Of a stretch of DNA of 64,000 nucleotides, positions 1 through 13,053 are shown piece by piece (position 1 is the stretch's first letter; the number at the start of each line of letters is the position of its first letter). The stretch is taken from positions 4,548,510 through 4,612,509 of the forward strand of contig OZ316892.1 of assembly GCA_973895155.1 (NCBI GenBank). Reading direction: 5' to 3'. Origin of the DNA: Marsupella aquatica. Its lineage: Eukaryota > Plantae > Marchantiophyta. Both the position numbers and the translations under genes were made by a program. The notes under the pieces are model-generated. The model made no database searches. It was not told where the DNA came from and saw only the letters and a list, made by a program, of their open reading frames with translations.

Positions 1-54
1 AGACATTGCAAAGCATTGCAAACATATGTTTTTACAAAAAACACAAAGGCAAAC

Positions 55-2168
55 CTGGAAGGGGTTTGTTGACATTGGAGGGGATGGTGCTGCTTTCTGT
101 ACTGGGGATGGGGACTCCAGTGGTACACCCCTTCCCCTTCGTCTTTGTCCCTACAATATATGAAATGAATGCTTAGGGGAGTGAAAAGACATTGGGGTTT
201 AAGTATTCAGACTAGATTGCAATTGAATGACTTCCAAGTTTGCACTTTAGAGACTTACAATCTGTGGTGCAGGGGCTGGTGGTGGTGGTCGTGCTGCTGC
301 TACTGGTACCGACTCTAATAGTACAATCTGTGGTGCAATGGCTGGTGCTGCTGGTGCAAGTGGTGGTAAGGACTCCGAGACTAATATACACGATACAGGG
401 GCTGGTGCTGTTGCTGCGACTGGCGCTATGAAGTCTGGGAGTAGAGTCTCAGGTGTAGGGGTTGGTGGTGCTACGAACTCCGAGATAGTCTCCGATACTA
501 CTCCTTCCTGCAATGAACACAAGGAGCATCCGAATACGATGAGGCTCATGTATTCACAATTTGCAAAGAAATTCCAAAAGTAATTGAAGCAAAGAAACAA
601 AGACTGACCTGGAGGGGGTAGTCGTCCTCTCCCTCTCCATAGGCGTAAAGAATATTTTGGAGGCTTGAAACCAAGTGACGCTGTTGTGAAAAGCTGATTC
701 CTTGTTCATAAACATCCTGAATAGGATTGTCAATGGGATCCTGAACAGGATGGTCAATAGGACCCTGAATAGGATCATGAACAGGATGCTCAATAAGATG
801 GTCTAAATCCTCAACATGAGAAGGATTCTGATGATTATTGTCTTCATCATCCTGAACAGGATGGTCAATAGGATCCTGAATAGGATCATGAACAGGATGC
901 TCAATAAGATGGTCAACATCCTCAACATGAGAAGGATTCTGATGATCACTGTCTTCATCATCCTGAACATGAGAAGGAACCTGAATAGGATCTTGTACAA
1001 GAGGCGGGTCCTCAACTGAAGTATTGAGGACAGGTTTAGATACAACGTCTGGCTCATCTGGCTGTTGATCAGCATCATTTAGCAACAGACCCCACTTCTC
1101 AGGCCCAGGCTCATAGTCACTATCGTTAGAAGTGTCCTCCCACTCTTCATTTAGTCCAGCCTGCACATGGTTGGGACAAGATGAGAATGGAATGTACAAA
1201 CAACAAGCAAAGATCGCAGGAAGTAAAATAAAAGGTCATACCTCTATTCGTGCAGCTTCAGTGGTCATGCCCCGACCTTTGTATTCCTGTAGCAAATTGT
1301 TAGTGGCTGTGGCTATGCTGACAGGCTTTTGCTCTTCTTTCCACTCCTTGTAATCTTGGTATGCAGCATCGAAGTCCACTTCTTTGGGGCCATGCTTCCA
1401 CTGCAGAAGCGCTCTTTTTTGAGTCAAGTAATTCAAGGCATCTGCAATGAGAGCCTCTCGAATTGTATCAAACTGCATCAGCTCGGGAGGTTGCACCTCC
1501 ACATCTGCCCGGGGGAAAATGCATGGCAGGACACTACAATCTAATTGAAGTGCCTGCAACTTACGATCTCTAGGTAGGAGTACCGGCAAAGCTTGGATTG
1601 AAGCAACCCAGCGAGACAAAATAGGAGAAATTGCAGCAGCTAACACAGAGTCTTGCAACATCTCGTACACACTGTCATCCAACAAGGATGACCAACCATT
1701 AGCCTGCCCTGCACGTATGTGCACTTCCTTGATGACACGAATAAGCAACGATTTTGCAAGAACAAGCGGCTCATCTGCAGCAACACCATACTTCTTCTTT
1801 AGCATTGTCTTCTTCCGCAACTTAGTCTGTCTCCACCGAAGTCGCATAGTGGATCGAAGCCGGTTCCAAGAGGCCTGATTGTTGTCCTTCCTCACATTTG
1901 GCCCAGGGGCCTTATGTTTCTTGGCAATCCGAGTGGAGAAGTCGGATTTTGAGAACAACCAAGGTTTGCCCGCCTCCAATAATGCAGGTGGCAACTCCAA
2001 CTTGTGTGTGACATCCATGTGGGTCTGGAAACCAGCAAAGGAAGAAAATGATCGAGGCTTGTGATCACCAACTATGCAGACAAACACATGCTTGCCTTCA
2101 GCATCGACACGATGTCGGAAGTGATCCTCTTTCTCTGCTACCCGAATTCTTCTCATTTGTGGCGCCAT
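55..2168 (-). CDS. Spliced gene, 3'-truncated by the window edge (at least 608 aa). N-terminal C2H2-like motif, acidic QDP-repeat region and Pro/Ala-rich region. Probably a transposon-borne accessory gene.
   Basis: Exons 2168-1242, 1160-609, 507-259 and 150-55 join in phase 0 through GT-AG introns (GAG|GTATGA, CAG|GTCAGT, ATT|GTAAGT, CAG|GTTTGC). This links ORFs 1236..2168, 546..1199 and 247..600. The motif FVCIVGDH..RSFSSFAGFQTHMDVTH resembles a C2H2 finger with the second Cys replaced. Confidence 0.65.
700..1000 (-). repeat. Coding tandem repeat (HPVQDPIQDPID / QDDEDxxHQNPSHVED units)
   Basis: Repeated ATCCTGAA(C/T)AGGAT units. An approximately 111-bp block (HQNPSHVEDxDHLIEHPVHDPIQ) occurs twice in the minus-strand frame. 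Confidence 0.85.
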
Positions 2169-2319
2169 GGAAACTGAGCATGAACCTTGGTTGGGCTCAA
2201 AATCGAACCCAACCTCTCCAGCCTATGACCTTGACCTTCAGCCTGTATTGCTTTCCACTCCTTAATGGAAGCAGAGCGGTCCCTACACTCATGCCGACGA
2301 CTTCAACAGATAAGCAAAT

Positions 2320-3610
2320 TTAGAAGACACGAATGTCATGGTATTCAAAGAGAATAGAAGAACTCGCAAACATCCATGTCATGGTATTCAAAACATGCAC
2401 CTCCAACATTCGTCGACATGCAGACAATGTTTGTAAAGTCAGGATGCAGTCAGTCATACCTAGTGCTTCGACCGAGAATCTCCCCCTTCAAGTCAGACGC
2501 AGATCGATCCCTGTCATGAAGTCCACTTTGCCTAGAGCTTGCAGGCAACCACAAAATCCAGAGAGGAAACTTCATTCACAAATTCAAGGATAGGATTCAA
2601 CTGCCATTGGAAACAATCCCTACACTGTTATCCACGTAATATTGGAACTATGTAGTGCCAGAACCGAAAGACATGGATGTGATGGTGATCAAAAATTGCA
2701 GAATGCAAGAGACATTCAGGTAATGGTATTCTGCGCATCAACACGATGCAAAAAAATGCAGGAAACAGTATCTTGGGCGACATTGACGGACAATCCTCCT
2801 CTGAAAGAACAACAGAGGAAAATACTCTCACCAAAACAAAACAGCCCATCAATGTTTGCAAACCAAGAAGATAACAGGTTCAGATATAAGCAAAACTAGA
2901 ACACACGAATGTCTTGGTATTCAAACAGGGCAGCAGAACTCAAAGACATTCATGTCATGGTATTCGAAACATGCACAACATTCAAACTTGTCGACATTTA
3001 GACAACGTTTGTAAAATTCAGGATGCAATGCAGGTCATGAAGCATTCAAAAATAACTTCTTCAGCACTTTGCAAACAATGGTGCTACAAGATTTATACTT
3101 TGGCAAAAAGAGCTGAAATCATACCTAGTGCTTTGACCAAGAAACAAAGACATGCGGGTTCAAGTGGGATGCAGATTAATCCCTGTCATGAAGTCCACTT
3201 TGCCTAAAGCTCGTAGGCAACCACAAAATCCTGAGAGGAAACTGAAGCCCCCGCTGAAGCCACAAATTCAAGAACAGGATTGAACTCCCAAATGCAACCT
3301 AGCCCTACACTGTTATCCACGTATTCAAACTATGCAGCAGAACCAGAGGACATGGATTTCATGGTGACAAAAATGCACAAGAACAAGGAGACTCTGCAAA
3401 TGATCTGAACTAATCTGAACAATGCAGAACTGAACAATGTAGAAAAACTTACGACCAGATAGATAAGATAATGCAGGAGACGTCATTCATGTTATGGTAT
3501 GCAGGACTAAACAGTTTCTTGGGCTACATTGGCGGGCGGACAATCCTCCTGTGGAATTGAAGAACAACAAAGGGAGACACTCTCACCAAACCAAAACAAC
3601 CCACCAACAA
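2320..3610. repeat. Two diverged tandem copies (about 580 and 700 bp) of a non-coding block
   Basis: ACACGAATGTC.TGGTATTCAAA occurs at about 2326 and 2903. CCCTGTCATGAAGTCCACTTTGCCTA occurs at about 2509 and 3181. GGACAATCCTCCT occurs at about 2788 and 3538. Confidence 0.85.
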
Positions 3611-4074
3611 TCTGGCAGGCGCTACAATGTGAAAGAAATCTCGGAGAATGGGGTGAATGAACACTACTCGATCCTAGCAGTGGGCCGCAACTCAAACCTC
3701 AAGCTCTCCTTTGGCATCGATCAATGAAATGTGCACACGATCAAAGCATGAACCTCCCCAAAATGGCCAGCCGCCAGCAGCAAACGACGCCTCACCTCCA
3801 TGAACGATGCCTCAGTCCCCTCCGTAAAACAACGAAAAATGTCGATCCCACCCTCGACAAATGACTCTCGCGCTTGACCCTAAACCGCACCCCGACAATG
3901 TGCGCCCTAAAACAGAAATTTTGTTGAATACATAAACCACAATGTATTCACACTCATAAGGGACCATAGTGCGAGAACGCAAAACCGCGTAGTTGCGCCC
4001 TACTGCAGCGGAGTCTCATGGTCGACTGTGGGAGGCGACCCTGCGTGGTGGCATGGCTCCCAACTGTGCAGTAT

Positions 4075-4212
4075 GGCCTTTACACGGGGGAAACTGGCTT
4101 ACACGGGAGAAAAGGGTACGGGCCATAATGAGGGGGCTGATTGGGGCAAAAAAGTTTGGAGGGGGCTGATCAAGTAAAGTTTCTCCTGGAGGGGGTCTAT
4201 TGAGCATATCCC
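4075..4212 (-). mobile_element. Putative Mutator-like (MULE) terminal inverted repeat; the element would extend left beyond the window
   Basis: The minus strand starts GGGATATGCTCAATAGACCCCCTCC and has recurring CCCCCT tracts, typical of plant MULE TIRs. Composition turns AT-rich just outside. The partner TIR and TSD are not visible. Confidence 0.4.
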
Positions 4213-4739
4213 TCTAGGATCAATGCACAAGGATCAAGGAGGATACTCCCTCCATGATCTATGCAAATATTGTACATACTTACATGCAAGTAAGTATTGT
4301 ACATATTCAATATTGTGTATAGCATAATTGTGTAATACTGGTAAGAGTAGTTTAATTGCTAGTAATATTTTAGTCACTAGATCAATAAAAAACTATTCTC
4401 CATATATGTGTGTTGATTTTTACAGTCATTTGCAATGTCATTTTCAATGCAAAAACAAAAGTAATAAGGCCCAAAGACACAGTGAAGCGCATGGCATGGG
4501 CTTTGATGGCAAGGTGTCGGGTGAGGGGCACACTCGCAATGTAGGGTAGCCCCTCAAAGGGCTCCAGTCCCGCATGGGTGGGGAGAGGGGGGGGGGGGCG
4601 CGAACGAGTGGAGTGATGGTGAATGAGAAAAAGAGAAGACCAAAAATAGTAAAAGGGGGAAAAGGGGAAGGTTAAGGTTTAAAAGGAACATAAGAGAAAA
4701 AAGGGGAAAAAACACCTCTCATTTTGTTATACTTTTGAG

Positions 4740-5590
4740 TTTGTCATAGCCAGTCTTTTGTGCAATGACATCTTTTATTCAAGAATTTTTTTGTGCAAGG
4801 AGAAAAATGAAAAAAAGAAAAGAGAACTTTTGTGGCTGCCGTAGCCACTATTTTGCACAATGATATCTTTCACTCAACAAAAGTTTTTGTGCAATAATAT
4901 ATTTTAGCAAATATTTGTTATTCAACAATATCTTTTGCACCATGATCTATTTCTCAACAACATCTTTAACCAAACAACATCATTTATGCACCGCACGGGG
5001 ATTGAAAGGATACCAACATAATGGTCATCTTTGCTAAACCCTAAAACCCTAAACCTGAAACCAATAATATAACGTTGCGTCAATTTATAGAGTGGTTGCC
5101 ATTCAAATGCAGGGGCATTTTGGGAAAAAAGCAAAACAAAGAAAAAGACTTGCTCCTTGTCTCCTTGACTTTTTATTTCATAACATCTTTCACATAAGGA
5201 CAGCTTGGGTGAAATTCTTATAACATCTTTTACTTCATGATATCTTTGGCAAAATGACTTCTTTTTTCTTAACGGAATTTTGCAATGACCCGTGCTTTGC
5301 TGACACGACATTTTTTTTCTCAATGAAATCTTGACCGACACGACAATTTTTTCTTAATGACATCTTGGCCAACATGACATCTTTTTTCTCAACGACTTCA
5401 TGGCCGACACGACATCTTTTTTCTCAAGGTCCTCTTGGCCGACATGACATCTTTTTTTCTCAACAACTTCTTTTCTCTCAACGACCGCTTGGCCTATAGG
5501 ACATCGTTTCTCTCCACGACGTCTTGGCCGACATGACATCTTTTTTTCTCAACAACATCTTGGCCGACATGACTTCTTCTGTGCAACGCA
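4740..5590. repeat. Degenerate short-unit array (GACATCTTTTTTTCTCAAC...TTGGCC), a dispersed repeat family
   Basis: Many units of about 38 bp at 5300-5580. Related sequence recurs at about 54250-54510 (reverse strand) and 60095-60260. Confidence 0.7.
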
Positions 5591-7169
5591 CGGGTATTGA
5601 GCTAGTGCGGCATAAATATTTAGTTTGTGACAACTCTTTATGCGAGGAGCATAGATCAACCCTGTTCAAGGTGGGCTCTTGGGAGGACCCTAGGTTGTTG
5701 AACTATGAGGCTGCCCCAATTCGTGCAAGAAGATGTCCACCCACCCAAGCGGCAAACAAAATTAGGATTCAACAGTGCTGAACTTGAGGTGTGTCCTCCT
5801 AACAGGAAACAGGAAATATCATAACAACAAAAATGGTCAAAGATAACTGGAGTTTTGTGCGCAATGTCGAAAGAAAATTTCCTGCTCTAGGGACCAAAAT
5901 TACACTGTCTACAATTTCAACCGCTCAAGCAACTATAATATATGTAACAGATACAATTATTATAGATAGACATCTTTACTAGCTCCAAATATTTTCTACG
6001 CATAAAGGCATCATTTGATAATAGCTCAAGCATGCTTGCAAGAAAAATCCTCATAAGAGCAATAGAAGAAACATATAAATCCTAACTGAGTAAGTATTTG
6101 CTCTCTCAAGCTGATCCCTCATCTAGCGCAAGCCATCTCTAGTGCATCTCCATTGACATCTAAGGATAATCAATGAACTTGCTCTTCCTCTATAGATGAG
6201 ATTGTCTTACTGATTGAGTCTTTATCCATTTGCTAAGCATAGATGCTCCCTATATCGTGGTCCGCCAAGAGGCAACAGATTGTTCTACAGAACATTATGA
6301 CCAAAGAAACCATTAGTTCCTTTATGTATATACCAATGTTCACGCACAAAACTACCATGCACAACGTCAAAACTATATAAAGATTATGACACAAAAGTTT
6401 ATTCTCCTTTAGACCCCCAATTGTCATGCTCAAACTAACTTGAATGGTGTTGATTTGTACTTTGGTTTGGACGTCTAAAAACTGACAAACTACTGATAAA
6501 TGAGCACATCATATCAAGGGTTCCATGCATCTTCCAAAGTACTCCCTAGAAGATTGTGAATGCGGGGATTGACCAAAGGTTAACATCCTCATGTAGAATG
6601 ATGTGAGCGAAAATATATACTCTTGCTATCAAATGCAATACACTCTGGTCATTTGAATGCTCTAACTAATGATGAGGAGTTTGACATATTGTAAATTTTG
6701 ATTGAACTGCCTATGTTCTTTTTTGGTAGTAATAAGGTCAAACCATGACATTGGATAATATTAGTGATAAATATAACTATTAAAATGTAACAAATGATGA
6801 TATCATATGGTAAACCACCAACAAATATAATAAATTTAATAATTAGAGCCATTGCTTTTGACCAAAATTTATAGCAGTGTCTAGCGCTAATCAATATATA
6901 TATATATATATATATATCCTTTAGGCTATAATCATTTTTGTTCATATTCCCAAGTAGCACTCAACGCCAACAAAGAGTCTTCTTTGGTGAGGTTTCAATT
7001 ACATAGATATTTCTTTATTGCTTGCAAAATTGCATGACCTTCTAAAATATCCTTTGGTATATTTACCAACAATAACAAACACAAGAGATAAAACGGTAAT
7101 ACTATTACTGAAATGTGGTATAACAATAAACAATTAAAGCTAACAGACTTGATAAAATGTTCCTCTAGA

Positions 7170-8280
7170 GGGTTTGGGCCAGAGTCACATTACTAGCTTT
7201 TGGCGCTACCGGCTTTCCCCGAACACAGTGCCCGGGCGTTGGGTTTAAAAATGATTTTTTTTAGGTCTCCGTAAGAAAAGTATTTTTTCTTTAAACACCA
7301 TGTCATTTTAACACAGCACCCGGGCATTGTGTTTGAATATTGGCGTTGTGTTTGAGTTAGACACTGTGTTTGAAATGTGACCCTAAACTACTCTATATTG
7401 AGCACAAATAGTGAAAAATTCAAAAAACATATGCCAATTCCAATATTCAAACACAACGCCCGACAAATACAAAAAATGAAAACATTTAGTCAAAACTTGA
7501 ATACAACGCCCCGGGCGCACTATTCAAATAGAGCGCCCCATGACCCACTATTCAAATACAAGGCCATGGCGTTGTGTTTGGAGGAAGATGATAGTAATGT
7601 TCCTTTATTTTTCTTCATTTTTTTGCGTAAAATTTCTCTTGTAAATTTCTCAAAATAATGCTATTATGGAGGGTCCAAGCAAGTGTGACATTACTAGCTC
7701 ACAGCCACAGTAATGTTAATTTATTTTTATAACCCAATTTGCTATTTTTTCTCATAAATACGCTCAACATGATGTTATTTCAAAGGATCCAAGCGAGTGT
7801 GATATTACTAGCTCTAGATAGTAATGTTCATTCATTTTTATAGTTTTTTGCTTAATTTTTTCTCATAAAGACACTCAAAATAGTGTCAGTTTGGAGGATC
7901 CAAACCGGTGTGATATTACTAGCTCCCGGTGCTAGCAATGTTCCTTCATTTTTATTACTTCTTTGCTTATTGTTTTATGTAACATGCTCAAAATACTCTC
8001 ATTCAGGAGGGTCTAGATGGATGTGACATTATTAGCTCTTGGCGCTAGTAATATTTCATCATTTTTGTTACTCTTTGCTTAATAGTTTTTTTGTAAACAT
8101 ATATGCACTCATATAGTGTCATTTTGGATTATCTTGGTAACTTGAATATTACTAGCTCTCGGCGCTAGTAATATTTTTAAAATTTTTATACTAATTTAAG
8201 CTTAATTATTAAAATAATATCATTCTTAGAGGAAATCAAGCCAAATAAGATATTACTAGCGCCTGATGCTATCTTTTTTA
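7170..8280. repeat. About 115-120-bp degenerate tandem units with an internal palindrome (TTACTAGC...GCTAGTAA), plus a short inverted repeat at 7320-7520
   Basis: ATTA(C/T)TAGC occurs near 7189, 7690, 7804, 7914, 8028, 8148 and 8252. TGTGTTTGAATATTGG (about 7329) pairs with CCAATATTCAAACACA (about 7440). Confidence 0.7.
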
Positions 8281-9333
8281 AAAATCTTTTTTGCTTATTT
8301 TTTATTGGTTTATGTTTATTATGTTTATTATTATTTTTAATATTTTTTGCCAAATTTTCCTTAAAAAATGGTGGATGCATCTACACATGATTTAAGTGTC
8401 ATTCGATAATAGCACCTGCTGCTTTTATCAATCAATATGCAAAATAAATATGATTTATGATAGTGCCTGGTGCTATTATACATTCCACACAAGATTTTAG
8501 GACTATTGAGATAGCAATTAGGTACTAAACTAGGGATTATATCATATTAATCTGTTAAATTTGTCTTAATTTCTATTGAATCTGGAGCTATTATGAGATT
8601 TATTCCCAGATTTAATCCAAGAGTTTAATTTTCATGAACTTTAAACACATTCAATTAGGCCAATTTGTATAGTAGAGTATGACATTACTATCATATTTTT
8701 TTTGTTCTATACTAGATATTTTGGGGTCACAAGAGAGCGTCAAAATCTAATCCTATTGTAGCCCAAAACTTTTCTCATTTTCTTAAGCACCTCACCCTCT
8801 TGTAAGAATAATTTAAAAGTAATTCTAATTTTTTTTGTGAAGATAACAACAATCCACATTTCTAGAATCAACAAGTTGACCAATACAATGATGTTTGTGG
8901 TTTGAAAAAGACAATTTTAACAGTCATCAAATTAATATTGTCCCAAAATCTCTTGTGAAACAAAGATTGAGATAGACTTGGTTTTATAATTTCATCCCAT
9001 TTGTGTGTCTATCTATCATATTTGTTTTATAATTTCATCCCATTTGTGTGTCTATCTATCCATCATATGTGTCTTAATGATAACCCTTGCCAAAATGCTA
9101 AGTATCCACTGAAAAACTATAAATTACATGTCTTTCAATAAACCATGCACATTTTGTTTGCCTCATATGTGATGTAATTTGCTAATTATAACCCTTGCAA
9201 CTAATATGAAGACATATCATTGTATTTTGGCTAGCGCCGGGCACTAGTAAACTTACCCTTTTATGACAAAGTAGGGTTTTTTGAAGACAAAAAGCAAAAC
9301 TATGACAGACAAAGACCACTCCGTTCTCGAGTT

Positions 9334-9465
9334 GCTATCCAACTTATAGGCTTTAATGACAGTTTCCTTGAATTTGTTGCTAGCTATTGACAATGGTCGC
9401 TATCCAACTTATAGGCTTTAATGACAGTTTCCTTGAATTTGTTGCTAGCTGTTGACAATGGTCGC
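9334..9465. repeat. 65-bp near-perfect tandem duplication
   Basis: GCTATCCAACTTATAGGC...GACAATGGTC starts at 9334 and again at 9399, with 1 mismatch. Confidence 0.95.
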
Positions 9466-10966
9466 GTAGGCTGAAATTGTTCCTTCCAAAGCAGACTCAC
9501 TATATCAACCACCCGGCCCATTGATTTTTTGAACTTGTCTAGTGACTTTTTGGAGTGGTCCGCTAACTTGTTGGCCTCATCTAGTGACTTCTTGATATCG
9601 GCCAAAATCTGGGAGTCACCACTGCCTCTTAGCAAAAGTAGAGCCAAAACAAAGGCTGCTACTCCCACCCATACAAACATTCCAGAGGCATTCATCTTCA
9701 CACAATTGCTTCACATCAAATGGTGTAAATGTCCTTCAAAAATTGAATTATGCCATCTGACGCACCAATCATGTGTGTTCTGAGCACAAGATCCTTCCAC
9801 CTACTAATTCTAATTCATTCCCTGGAGCTCAACTGGGTTATGATGGCTATGTGCCATCAGTATTTGCCAACATCTCCCCATAAATTATGTGCACAATGAT
9901 TGATTTGAGTGTCATTATGGCAAGTATTTGAGAATCTTGTGTGTATTATGTGCACAATGATTGATTATTTGAGTGCTATTAGCGCAAATAAGAATGTGTA
10001 CCTTATGTTGGGGTTAACTAAGTGTATATTTTGGGATACCATATACAATCATAGTATATAAATAGACATATTTTATAAAAATATATTTTAAGAATATTTT
10101 TTATTTTCAATATTAATAATATAATTTACTTTAAAAAAATTATATACTATAGAATATTTTATAATCATGAATTTATAATATCTATTTTTGATTCATATGT
10201 TTTTTGAAAATCTAGTTAATTTATATCACAAATACTTATTTTAGATCTAACATGGTTCCTAAGATTTTTGATGGTCAATCCCCTAAAACCTTATGTGCTT
10301 AACTTTTCAATACTTGTACTTTTCCTGGTCATTTTGTGAAATGTACATTTATTTGGCATGTGGTGTAATTCTCCACTCAATCCTATCAAATACTATGTTG
10401 TTGTCATTGACACATTACTACAAGACAAAACTTGTGCACTTTTTAGTACTTATGCACTTTTCTTTTCAAGGTCATTATGCTCAATGTATATTTATTTGGC
10501 ATGTGCTATACTTCTACTCAATCCTATCAAATAGTATGCTATTCTCATTTATGCATTATTACAAGACAAAAATGAAGCATGTTCCAGTATTGACATGCCA
10601 TGGCTGTGTGGGCAGGGTTGGTTTAAGTAAAGTCACTATTCTATTCTATTGGTGTTGAACATGCTCGCAGAGGTATTGGTCCAGTTTGGCAGACGAGGGC
10701 AGGAGGAGGTATAAGGTAGCGACGGTTTGGTCTGGGGTTAATAGCTTGTAACCCTGTGGCCAGTGACGAGAAAGTGAGAACAGGTTTCAGACTAGAACCC
10801 TAGCCTAGACAGTCTTATCATAAGCAATATTTGGCTGAGAAAAAGATTACCCGGTGGACTTTCCGGGTTTCAGAGTAGAACCCCAACCCAAACAGTCTAT
10901 ATCATAAGTAATATTTGGCCGGAAGAAAGATTACCAGGTAGTACTTTAGGGGAGGGTTATGGAATC

Positions 10967-11492
10967 TTACTATAAAAGAGCCAACTCAAGTCCACTCTGA
11001 ATGACCTAGGTCTAGAGTGAAGTCTCTAGACCATAACTGCCACTAGAGACAAACTGATAATGAGATTCAATAAGGTCAGAATTTTAAATGAGGATGGACA
11101 AAAGTGACATTGAGTCTAAATATAGACAAAACTTACAAAAAACAAGGATGAGTAAAAACCTAACCAAAATAACATATAAATTATATTGTGCAAGATTATA
11201 TTTCATATTTACTCGCCCAATGACCCTTCAAGAAAAGTAAATAAATATGAAGAAAAATCTTGCACAATACAACTTATATACTATTTTGGTTAGTTTTTGC
11301 CCTATCCTTGTCTTTTGTCCATCCTCATTTCAATTTTGCCTATATCTAGAATAAGTGTCACTTTTGTCAATCCTTATTTAAATTTTTGACCTTATTGACC
11401 GTCAAATCAGTTTTGTCTCTAATTCGGGTCTAGAGGCCTCACTCCAGACATAGGCACTTAAGAGTATACTTTAGTTGGCGCTTTTATAATAA
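10967..11492. mobile_element. Foldback / MITE-like element, about 525 bp, almost wholly an imperfect inverted repeat
   Basis: TTACTATAAAAGAGCCAACTCAAG (10967) matches the reverse complement of CTTTAGTTGGCGCTTTTATAATAA (ending 11492). Pairing continues inward: CAATAAGGTCA/TGACCTTATTG, GACAAAAGTGACA/TGTCACTTTTGTC, ATTGTGCAAGATT/AATCTTGCACAAT. Confidence 0.8.
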
Positions 11493-13053
11493 TATTTATT
11501 TATGTTCAAGTAACAGGTCATCCGGGGCTAAGGATTAGAAAATGTTACACACCGGTAACCTTCCTTTCGAGTTAGTTAAGGTCCGAGTCTCGAGTATTTC
11601 TCTCGAGGATCTACTCCGGTGAATCGGTGATGAAGGTGTCTGCTCGTGACTCGGAACAACACTACTACTAGTACCTACACAGCTCTCGAGAGCAGCAGCT
11701 CTAAAATAAGCTGCAGCTTTAGCTTTGCTTGCGTGTGGACCGGAACGCCTACGACTTCACTACTCGCTTTGCTTTCGGCAGGCCCTGACGAAGAATCCCG
11801 CCTCGCCGTGATTCTGGCTCGCCATTCTCCCTTCCTTGCTGTCCTCTCCTCTTGCCTGCTGCCTTCCTTCCTTGCTCAGGGAGGGAGGGAAGAACAGAGG
11901 ATGGAAAGGAGGTAGCGACTGAGGCTGCCTTGGCTGCATTGATTGATTCACTACTGGAGTCACTAGCTCTTTTGGCTCTGCTGAGAATCGAAGAGACGAG
12001 AAGGATTGGCGCTCTGTCGTGAGGAATTGTTCACTACAAGCGTGGGAGAAGACACTGCTCTTTACTTGAGAACAGGGAAGAGACCGGAGCGGAGAATTGA
12101 CGGAAACGGTGGCTTCGAGGATAGGAAAGGGAAGGGCACGAAGGGTAGGGTAGTTGGAGATCTGGGAGGAGAGTGATTTGAGGGGAGGAATGTCAAGGAA
12201 TGCTTCTATTTTTGCAGGCGATGTGGTGGAAGGGAGAAGCTGAATGAGCTAGCGTCAATTGACTTGTGGAGTGTAAACGTGGAGGGATCTAGCGCGGAAG
12301 AAAGTAAGGAAGAAGGCACATTTCGAGTATCACGGTTATCAATCCGTGAACGACGGAGCGAAATTCAAGTGTTATTATTCGCAGTGAGATAGAAATACAG
12401 CTCCATTTGGAAATTCCTTTCTAGCGACAGAGGGAGAGAGGGGAGACAGAGAGAGTGACGATGACGCTACGATTCGTCTGTAAACCGTAGGTGAGACAGT
12501 GACTATAGTTGACGTAGTGAAAGGCAGGCAGTGGGAAATTTGTTTGCAGGTAAAATGAAGGCACCACCGAGAAAGTGCAAACAGAGGGGCATAAGGACAG
12601 GGCTTGGAGAGAGTATATCGCTTCTGGAATTGCAGAAGGCAAAGAATTGGACTATGAGTCAGGAAGAAGTGGGGAAGTATAGCGTGATGAAATTCGAGGC
12701 AGAACCGGAGGATTGGGAAGATTGCTGCTTATTTGCACTGGAGGTTTAATGGCAGGGAAGCAAAGCCCAGAAGAAGACGGATGGTCTTAACAAGGATGGG
12801 GAGTGTAATACCGAGGGGAGGACGGATTGAAATTAAGAGCTGAAGCACTTGAGGATTTTAGAAGTAGGTGGATAGATAAGGACGAGCAGCTAAGCAACGG
12901 GGGCCACGAAAGGGAGAGGAAGGTGATAGGACGTACCGGAGGGAAGGAATTTTCCAGAGATTGTGGCCTCGGTTAGGCGGGGTGGTGCTGAGTGGACATG
13001 GTAGGCAGCCACGTCTGCTTTGCCCTGAGAGCCCACAGCAGCACCTTTGTGGC

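Noticed and set aside
5036-5062. Telomere-like AAACCCT repeats as a chromosome-end relic
   Set aside because: There are only 2-3 degenerate units within a dispersed repeat, and such telo-box motifs are common.
4922-5781. Lys/Arg-rich ORFs on both strands
   Set aside because: They are translations of the GACATCTTTTTT repeat array, with no coding signature.
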